The notes under the pieces are model-generated. The model saw only the letters and a program-made list of their open reading frames with translations, did no database searches and was not told the DNA's origin. Positions 36,755 through 43,620 of a stretch of 64,000 nt of DNA are shown here, piece by piece (the first letter of the stretch is position 1; each line of letters starts with the position of its first letter). The stretch covers positions 5,550 to 69,549 of the forward strand of contig JAPLFX010000044.1 of assembly GCA_026390445.1 (NCBI GenBank), written 5' to 3'. Position numbers and translations under genes: made by a program. Source of the DNA: Pseudomonadota bacterium. GTDB lineage: Bacteria > Bdellovibrionota_B > Oligoflexia > Oligoflexales > CAIYRB01.

Positions 36755-38105
36755 ACGCCAGCGGCTGGCCGAGCTTTTTACTGCGCTGGTCGCAGCCGCG
36801 ACCCTCAGCCTGGGTAGCCCGCCGGCGTTCGGCGCGACGATACTGAAGATTCATTCGGATCATGACAAGCTACTGCTCGGACTCACCACGGCCGAATTGA
36901 ATCAAGTCGAAGAGGGCCAACAGACCCTGGTTGAAGTCGCCACTCCTAAGTTTATTGCCGGTGGCGTGTTTGCCAAATTCAATGCGGTAAAAAAGACCGT
37001 GGTGGTGGAGCTGCCAGATGCCGACGAGCGCTTTGCCGTCAAGCAGCAGGTGCGCTTTTTGCCGCTTCTGCTCAACGTTGCCTCATCGCCGATCATCACC
37101 TCGGCGGCGCAGTACCCAAACGGCACGCACCCGATGGTAGAGGGCGGCGTCGGTGGATTCTTTGAAGGGAGCCAAGAGACCGCATCGGGCAACAAGGGGA
37201 GTCACGTGTCAAAGGGCGCAAGACTTCTCGCCCATGGCTATTTGGTGCTCAATTCTGAGGCCTACGGCTTAAACCTCGACTTTGAACATCGCGCTTCTGG
37301 ATCCCAGCTTCGGCCCATCGGGGGATCATCGAGCCTGGACGTGCACTACGATCAACTGGCGCCGAGTGTTTGGGTCGAGGTCTGGCCTCACTGGCGACTT
37401 GGACTCCGCTACGACTACACGGTGATCGTCCAGGCCTACAGTGGCGACAGTCAGGGTAGCTATCAGTTTTCGTTGGCACGTCCGATCGGGGCATTGCTTT
37501 GGACCGATGTCGATACGGAGATCGGACTTGATGTCAGTACCGAGCACAACGCCGGCGCCTCAGCTGAATACGTGAAAACGTCCGGGCAAAAGCCAACGAC
37601 GACCTATGAGAAGCGTCTCTACAAGGCGCCGGCCGAGGTTCTCCTGCATTACCGCCACGTCACCTCGCCGTTTTTTGCCTGGGGTGCTGGTGCCGGATAT
37701 ATCTTTTTCTCCCGCACGCAAGGTGACGGCAAAGCGCTGGAGCCACGCGCGCAGATTCCGCAACTGCTGCGTTTTCGCCTCAACTTCGAGCAGCGGATTG
37801 CGGACGGCGATAAGTTCGAGTGGGTCTTGTCCTATGACGGCGGCAAAGCCCGCGGCTTGTCGACTCTCGAGCTGACGGCCAACGAAGTGGGACTACAAGC
37901 CACCTATCAGAGTCAGCTGGCCAACAAGTGGATCTGCGGCGTGACCTTTGATGTCGCCGGCGGCTTTGCCCTTTTGGCCGACAATAAACTCGATGCTTCG
38001 GGTAAATCCATTGAGGTCGATCGCAAGGTGATCGGCTATCGCTCTGGCTTCATCGCCTTTGCCAATTATGCGTTCGATCCCTTTCTGAAGAAGGGTCGGA
38101 AATAA
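36723..38105 (+). CDS. secreted/outer-membrane beta-barrel-like protein, uncharacterised
   Basis: Signal-like LFTALVAAATLSLGSPPAFGA. An N-terminal ~80-aa beta-rich domain is followed by alternating-strand sequence. Start is uncertain, and the 5' end overlaps the divergent marC-like gene. Confidence 0.5.
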   Translation: MLLMLGCFCGKRQRLAELFTALVAAATLSLGSPPAFGATILKIHSDHDKLLLGLTTAELNQVEEGQQTLVEVATPKFIAGGVFAKFNAVKKTVVVELPDADERFAVKQQVRFLPLLLNVASSPIITSAAQYPNGTHPMVEGGVGGFFEGSQETASGNKGSHVSKGARLLAHGYLVLNSEAYGLNLDFEHRASGSQLRPIGGSSSLDVHYDQLAPSVWVEVWPHWRLGLRYDYTVIVQAYSGDSQGSYQFSLARPIGALLWTDVDTEIGLDVSTEHNAGASAEYVKTSGQKPTTTYEKRLYKAPAEVLLHYRHVTSPFFAWGAGAGYIFFSRTQGDGKALEPRAQIPQLLRFRLNFEQRIADGDKFEWVLSYDGGKARGLSTLELTANEVGLQATYQSQLANKWICGVTFDVAGGFALLADNKLDASGKSIEVDRKVIGYRSGFIAFANYAFDPFLKKGRK

Positions 38106-38166
38106 AATCAAATATATCATATAGTTATATCTTCACGCGGTTTTCGAGGTCGGCTGTTGCAAAGCG

Positions 38167-38195
38167 TGGACAGGCCCCCGTTGCTACGGTATAAC
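38167..38195 (+). promoter_or_regulatory. candidate sigma-70 promoter of the SRP RNA gene
   Basis: TGGACA, 17 nt, TATAAC, preceded by an AT-rich stretch. The predicted transcription start falls at about 38202-38204, the base of the SRP RNA helix. Confidence 0.5.
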
Positions 38196-38203
38196 CGGCG
38201 TCT

Positions 38204-38340
38204 CAAGTCCGCAGTCTAGCGTGATAGCCAGATCCTGGGTGACGTTGACCTGCGAACCCCGCCAGGCCCGGAAGGGAGCAACGGTAGTGGAATCGACGGG
38301 TGTTTGGGTCATCTGGCTATCACCCTGAACTGCGGACTTG
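38204..38340 (+). ncRNA. ffs: signal recognition particle RNA (4.5S-like, somewhat extended)
   Basis: Conserved domain IV motif GCCAGGCCCGGAAGGGAGCAACGG with a GGAA tetraloop. The flanks CAAGTCCGCAGTCTAGCGTGATAGCCAGAT and ATCTGGCTATCACCCTGAACTGCGGACTTG pair to form one long hairpin. Position just upstream of dnaX is common in bacteria. Confidence 0.75.
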
Positions 38341-38378
38341 CTGCACCCCCGCAAACCAATCTCGGGAGAGGGTCTGTC

Positions 38379-40238
38379 TTGACCTATCAGCCGCTAGCGC
38401 GCAAGTACCGCCCTGGCCAGTTCGCTGAATTGGTTGGTCAGGAGGCGGTGTCAAAAGCTCTCGCCAATGCCATCAGCATGGGGCGTGAACCCCACGCTTT
38501 GATCTTTACCGGAGTGCGGGGGGTCGGCAAGACGACCATCGCACGGCTATATGCCAAAGCGCTCAACTGTGAGGCCCGCGTGCCGCAGGGCAGCGCCGAA
38601 CCGTGCAACGTCTGCGCCAGCTGCCTGGCCATCAGTCGTGGCAATCACGAGGACGTGCTCGAGATCGATGGCGCCTCCAACACTGGAGTCGGCGATGTCC
38701 GCTCCTTGCAGGAGACGATCGACTACCGGCCGCAGCGCTCGGCCTTCAAGGTGTACATCATCGATGAAGTGCACATGCTCTCGGGCGCTGCTTTTAATGC
38801 CCTGCTCAAGACTTTGGAAGAACCCCCTGGGCACGTCGTCTTTGTCTTCGCGACGACCGAGATTCATAAGGTTCCTCAGACCATCATGTCGCGCTGTCAG
38901 GCCTTCTATCTGAAGAAGCTGCCCGCAGCATTGATCCTGCGCCGCTTGGAATACATCCTGGAGCATGAAGGGATCGAGGCCGAGGAGAAGGCCCTGGCTG
39001 TCGTTGCTCGCGAAGGCCACGGGTCGCTGCGCGATGCCTTGACCCTGCTCGACCAGGCGATTGCGCTCGGCCATGGTCGGGTGACGGTGGCTAGCCTCGG
39101 TTGGTTGGTGTCAAACCTGTCTTCGGCACCGTATTTGGAGCTGTTAGCGGCGTTGACAGGCCGCGACGCCGCACGCGTGCTGGCGGTGATGGACGACCTG
39201 GATCAGGCCGGCGCTGATTTCACCACGGTGGTCGAGCAGGCCGCCGAACTCACGCGCCACGCTTTTGTCGTGCAAGGGCTCGGCGCTGCGGGCTTGGAGG
39301 CGGCGCTGCTCGGACTCGATGACGCAGAAATGGTGGCGCTGACCGAGGTGGCGAAGGCCGCAGGTGCATTTGACCTCAACCGGATCTTTCGCACCTTGGT
39401 CAAATGCCGCGGCGATCTCGACGGCTCCGCCCTCGATCGCTATATCGTCGAAAACTACCTGTTCGAGTGGTGTTTGGACCCAGGCTTGCCGCCTCTCGGC
39501 CAACTGCTCAGTTCCTCACCTAGCTCTAGCTCGGGCCCTAGCGCAATCCCTAACCAGGATCGCTCCGGAGCTGCGGCAAATCCGACGGTGAAGGCTGCTG
39601 CGACGCCTAGTCGCACCATGAAATTATCGGCGGCCCTGCCGCCCAAGTCGGCTGTGGCAGCTGCCTCGGCCGCGCCGCAAGTCGTGACGCCGGCACCAGC
39701 CGCACCCTCGCCAGAGCTTGCAGCAGATGTCGCCGCTGCGGCGCCAAGCGGCGATGGTGGGCGACGAGTGAGGCCGCCCATGCCCACCGGGATGCCGGCG
39801 ACCTGGCGGCAAATGATCGACGCGTGGAAGCAGCAAAAGCCGCTGCAAGCGCGTAAGTTTGAGGAGGCGCACCCACTCGAATATTCCCGGCAGCGGATCG
39901 TGCTGGCCATCAGCGACGATGGCTTCGCCAGCAAATCGCTGCTCAGCCGCGACGAACAGGCCCGGGTTAAGGAGCAGTTTCGCGAGCTCTTCGGCTTTGA
40001 CGGGGTGTTGGTGATTCAACCGAAGACGGCTGCGACCACAGCGGAGGTCCAGGGCGAAGCACCAGTCCCTTTGCCTGAGACCATCCTGGCAGAGCGCGGG
40101 CGAGAAGCCGTCGATCGTCAGGATCGCCTGATCGAGGCGGCCCGCAATGCACCGTTTACCAAGGACCTGCTGTCCACCTTGGGCGGCAAGCTTGAAGGTG
40201 TTAGAATCCTAGGCAGCGACGAAACTCCGGCCCGGTAG
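38379..40238 (+). CDS. dnaX: DNA polymerase III subunit gamma/tau
   Basis: YQPLARKYRPGQF, Walker A GVRGVGKTT, zinc module CNVCASC, Walker B IIDEVHML and SRC motif. TTG 38379 follows GGGAGAGGG. The ORF-track start at 38304 would overlap ffs. Confidence 0.9.
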   Translation: MTYQPLARKYRPGQFAELVGQEAVSKALANAISMGREPHALIFTGVRGVGKTTIARLYAKALNCEARVPQGSAEPCNVCASCLAISRGNHEDVLEIDGASNTGVGDVRSLQETIDYRPQRSAFKVYIIDEVHMLSGAAFNALLKTLEEPPGHVVFVFATTEIHKVPQTIMSRCQAFYLKKLPAALILRRLEYILEHEGIEAEEKALAVVAREGHGSLRDALTLLDQAIALGHGRVTVASLGWLVSNLSSAPYLELLAALTGRDAARVLAVMDDLDQAGADFTTVVEQAAELTRHAFVVQGLGAAGLEAALLGLDDAEMVALTEVAKAAGAFDLNRIFRTLVKCRGDLDGSALDRYIVENYLFEWCLDPGLPPLGQLLSSSPSSSSGPSAIPNQDRSGAAANPTVKAAATPSRTMKLSAALPPKSAVAAASAAPQVVTPAPAAPSPELAADVAAAAPSGDGGRRVRPPMPTGMPATWRQMIDAWKQQKPLQARKFEEAHPLEYSRQRIVLAISDDGFASKSLLSRDEQARVKEQFRELFGFDGVLVIQPKTAATTAEVQGEAPVPLPETILAERGREAVDRQDRLIEAARNAPFTKDLLSTLGGKLEGVRILGSDETPAR

Positions 40239-40245
40239 CGCACGC

Positions 40246-40827
40246 ATGGCATTTACCAACTTTGACACCAAAGAGATCAACTGCAAGATCATCTATTTTG
40301 GTCCGCGTGGCGCTGGCAAGACGGAAAACCTGCGCTCGATTTACAAGAACTCGGCGGATGAACTGCGCAGCGGTTTGCTCGAGTTGGACGAAAGTCTGGG
40401 GCCAACTCGCTTCTTTGATTTTCTACCGATCAGCATGGGCCAGCTCCGCGACTTCCATCTAAAGCTTCATTTGTTTACAATTCCCGCCAATCCCTTATAT
40501 GAATCCGTCCTTTCGGTGATTTTAAAGGGAGTCGACGGTTTTGTCTTCGTTGCCGACTCTCGGGTTGAGGCAATGGCCGACAATGTCGATGCGATGAGCG
40601 CTGCCAGGCGCCTCCTCGCCGAGCAGGGCCATAATGTTAGCGATATGCCGCGGGTCATCCAATACAATAAACGTGACCTAAACGACGTGTTACCGCTCGA
40701 ACTGCTCCGCCAGGAACTGAATCCTGGGCAGCTTCCAGATCAAAAGGCCGTGGCTAGCCAATCGATTGGCACCATGGAGACCCTTCAAGCGATGGCCAAG
40801 TTGGTATTGAAAAAGATCGCCCCTTAA
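40246..40827 (+). CDS. MglA-family Ras-like small GTPase (divergent paralog)
   Basis: Collinear similarity to Myxococcus MglA as I recall it: EINCKIIYFGP..GKT, FFDFLP, ILKGVDGFVFVADS and VIQYNKRDL (NKxD). Starts 8 nt after the dnaX stop. Confidence 0.85.
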   Translation: MAFTNFDTKEINCKIIYFGPRGAGKTENLRSIYKNSADELRSGLLELDESLGPTRFFDFLPISMGQLRDFHLKLHLFTIPANPLYESVLSVILKGVDGFVFVADSRVEAMADNVDAMSAARRLLAEQGHNVSDMPRVIQYNKRDLNDVLPLELLRQELNPGQLPDQKAVASQSIGTMETLQAMAKLVLKKIAP

Positions 40828-40850
40828 CCTAAGCCGCTAAGGAATTCGTG

Positions 40851-41303
40851 ATGCTGCTTCATTGCCCGACACCTTTTGCTGTTTTAGTCTGTGCCGTCGC
40901 TGATGCCCAGGGCGTGTTGCGGGTACCGGTGACCCCGTTTTCTGGTGAGACTCCTGGACTGAAGTTTGCCGTGGCGCCGCTGACGCCGATCAATATTCAG
41001 CTCGCGGACGCAGCTTCGGCTTTTTTTGCGACTGAAGTTGGACTGCATCTGAATATTGAACAAAACTATGCCGATACGGTTTCCGCCGCCGACGGCGCTG
41101 TGACGCTTTACTTGGCGCGTCTAGCTCCCGAGGCTGGCATCGTCGCCAGTGACTCTTGGTTGAGTATACCGGCGCTGCTGCGGCAGCTGTCGGGGCGTGC
41201 TCGCATCCCTTATCTGCGGGCGTGGCAGGTGCTGGCGGGCGGGTTGACTCTCGCGACTAAGGCGGTCGATGCAGCCGATGCGTTAAAGTATTTTGCTGAC
41301 TAA
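40851..41303 (+). CDS. hypothetical protein (150 aa) co-oriented with the MglA-like gene
   Basis: ORF starts 24 nt after the MglA-like stop. No recognised motif. A weak Roadblock-like pattern (AVLVCAVADAQGVL) is speculative. Confidence 0.5.
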   Translation: MLLHCPTPFAVLVCAVADAQGVLRVPVTPFSGETPGLKFAVAPLTPINIQLADAASAFFATEVGLHLNIEQNYADTVSAADGAVTLYLARLAPEAGIVASDSWLSIPALLRQLSGRARIPYLRAWQVLAGGLTLATKAVDAADALKYFAD

Positions 41304-41426
41304 TACTTTGACAATGGATCTGCGTCTCGACAGCGACGCGTCGCTAATCCCTTGAAAGCCTTAGCTTCAGCTACGGCTTGGGATTTGCATCCTTAGAGGT
41401 CTGTTGGACTTCTACGGAGATATACC

Positions 41427-42257
41427 ATGCGCTACCACCTCCTCGCTGCTTCTGCCTTGTGCTTGCTCAGTCCTGCCGCAATGGCCAAGTCGCTGCAATG
41501 TAACTCGATGCAGACCATGTGCATCATATCCGATAGCAGCGAGTTGACGATCGGCGACCGCGTCGGCGTCTTTAACTCGGATGGTCAACTCGTAGCGACT
41601 GCCGAGGTGAGTCGTATGCGCGGGGATCGGCGCTCTCTTGCTATCGCTCATCGCACCGGCCGTATCGGGCGTGACGACCGCATTGCGCTTCTGGATACTT
41701 CGGCGATAGATGGTGCGGCGCCGGTGGAATATCAAAGGTACCGCGAACCGGCCAAGTACGAGATCGGCACAAACCTGGCCTACTCGACGATTACCTTAGG
41801 CGACTCGCTTCCAGGCTATGAGGCTAGCTTATATGGACAGATGCGCCAATGGGGCGGATGGCAGTTCACCGGAAGGTTGGTGGCCGACGCGGTCAGCGGC
41901 AAGACTAGCATCGCCGATGGCAGCGCAGACAAGGTCCCCTTAACGATGCATGGATTTGGTCTACTCGGAGGCGTCGGCTACGAGTGGTTCCGCAGTCAGC
42001 CCTTGTCGGTACGGGTTGAGGCCGCAGTGGGCGCGATGAAAGTCAGCGCCCTGGTCGATGGCAGTGCTGAACCAGTCAACGACGGCACGGCCGATGTTCA
42101 TGTGAAAAACGGCACGGCGCCCATGGCCCGCTGGTCTATGGGTGGCGTTTACCAAATGGGCGACCACTGGCATGCGCATCTCGACCTCGCCGAAAGCATT
42201 GTCTACCAGGCCTTCTCGAATATGATCTCGATTGGACTTTCCCGCGACCTCAATTGA
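41427..42257 (+). CDS. secreted/outer-membrane beta-barrel-like protein, uncharacterised
   Basis: GGAGAT RBS and signal peptide MRYHLLAASALCLLSPAAMA. An N-terminal ~80-aa domain is followed by Gly/aromatic-rich alternating strands. Confidence 0.6.
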   Translation: MRYHLLAASALCLLSPAAMAKSLQCNSMQTMCIISDSSELTIGDRVGVFNSDGQLVATAEVSRMRGDRRSLAIAHRTGRIGRDDRIALLDTSAIDGAAPVEYQRYREPAKYEIGTNLAYSTITLGDSLPGYEASLYGQMRQWGGWQFTGRLVADAVSGKTSIADGSADKVPLTMHGFGLLGGVGYEWFRSQPLSVRVEAAVGAMKVSALVDGSAEPVNDGTADVHVKNGTAPMARWSMGGVYQMGDHWHAHLDLAESIVYQAFSNMISIGLSRDLN

Positions 42258-43479
42258 TGGCTTGAGCTTGGTCGATCAGTTGGCGATGCAGTACCTTGAG
42301 CGCATGGTCGAGGTGCTCGTCGCCTAATCCCAGCAGGATCTGCTGATCGCTGACGTCGATGAATTGTAAGACACCGCGTAATCCCTGGCTGATAGTCGTT
42401 GCAGTTTCTGGACTTTGTTTATAGCCCTGGCCAATAACGGCAATGGTGGCTAGTCCCGGTCGTGCATTCAAGCGCTGCCAGTGGCCTGGCTTTGGCGCGG
42501 TGATATCATCCAGTAGCATGTCAAGGTCGCTGACCAAGCTGGAGCTGATCACCAACGTCAGATCAACCGAGCCGTCCTGCTGTAGCACCTGCTGAGTGAC
42601 CTGGGGCGCCTCTCCGCGTTGCCACAGCCAAGAGAGCACCTGGGCAAGGCTGCTTGAGGCATCCGCACCAGTCAGGCGGTAGGTGGTCAGTGTCATGCCG
42701 CGTTTATGTGCTAGGGCGATAGTCTGTGGACGTTCCAAAGCAGCGCTCCCATGGATGCGGGTTCCAGGCTGGGTGAGGTCGAGGCTTGAGCGGATCTCAA
42801 ACGGAAGATTGAATTTCGCCGCCAGGTGCGCTCCGCGGGGATGCAGTACCGAGGCGCCGCCCCAGGCTAGAGCGGTCATGGACGTCCAACTCAATCTCGG
42901 CAATAAACGCGCTTCGGCGACGCTGCGGGGGTCGCAGGTGTAAACGCCGGCGACGTCTTTGTAGAGCTGACAAGCATCGGCCTCAAGCGCCGCTGCCAAA
43001 GCGATGGCGCTAAGATCTGATCCGCCTCGACCAAGGGTGGTGATCTCCTTGGTTTGGGTCGAGACGCCTTGAAAGCCAGCGACGATGACCACTCTGTTTG
43101 CTGCGAGGTTGTCGCGGATGCGGCCCCCCAGTATCTGGGTGATGCGGGCATTGCCGTGGGTTTCATCGGTTAAGATGCCGCACTGCGATCCCGTCAGGGA
43201 GAGACTCGGCACGCCCAAGTCACCCAGCGCGATCGCAAGGAGCGCCGCGCTGATACGCTCACCCGCTGTGAGCAGCATATCTAGCTCGCGGCGCGGTGGC
43301 TTTGGGCTCAGGGCCAGTGCCATATTCAGCAGATCATCGGTTTGTTCGCCCATGGCACTGATCGTGACCAGGACCTTGTCGCCCCTACGTGCGGTTGTCG
43401 CCACATGCTGCGCCACGCGGCGCAGGTGGTCCAGACTGGCAACGGAGCTGCCGCCATATTTTTGCACGACCAAGGACAC
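42250..43479 (-). CDS. lysC: aspartate kinase
   Basis: N-terminal VVQKYGGSSV and GGSDLSA motifs, plus C-terminal ACT-domain region. GTG start. Confidence 0.9.
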   Translation of the reverse strand: MSLVVQKYGGSSVASLDHLRRVAQHVATTARRGDKVLVTISAMGEQTDDLLNMALALSPKPPRRELDMLLTAGERISAALLAIALGDLGVPSLSLTGSQCGILTDETHGNARITQILGGRIRDNLAANRVVIVAGFQGVSTQTKEITTLGRGGSDLSAIALAAALEADACQLYKDVAGVYTCDPRSVAEARLLPRLSWTSMTALAWGGASVLHPRGAHLAAKFNLPFEIRSSLDLTQPGTRIHGSAALERPQTIALAHKRGMTLTTYRLTGADASSSLAQVLSWLWQRGEAPQVTQQVLQQDGSVDLTLVISSSLVSDLDMLLDDITAPKPGHWQRLNARPGLATIAVIGQGYKQSPETATTISQGLRGVLQFIDVSDQQILLGLGDEHLDHALKVLHRQLIDQAQAIN

Positions 43480-43620
43480 AGCGACCGGGCCTTTCTTGCA
43501 GCGGCCATTTGGTCCGCATCTGTCGCGGATCTTAGCAATGCGGCTCAGGATCGACCAGGGCTTTCCCGTATCGCTCCATATAACTGAAAAACTAGGCTAT
43601 GTTACCAGGCAGGACGGTCT

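Noticed and set aside
38304-38378. The ORF-track start of dnaX at 38304.
   Set aside because: It would run through the 3' half of the SRP RNA hairpin. The conserved DnaX N-terminus (YQPLARKYRP) begins right after a TTG with a strong RBS at 38379.
38379-40238. Programmed -1 frameshift site in dnaX (A AAA AAG type) that would produce the gamma subunit.
   Set aside because: No A-rich slippery heptamer was found by eye in the coding sequence. Gamma, if made, must arise another way.
43480-43620. Looked for a lysine riboswitch or leader upstream of aspartate kinase. A 15-codon upstream ORF (MERYGKALVDPEPHC) and a small hairpin are present.
   Set aside because: No L-box core motifs are recognisable and the region is too short. 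The mini-ORF has no Lys/Thr-rich run and no RBS.
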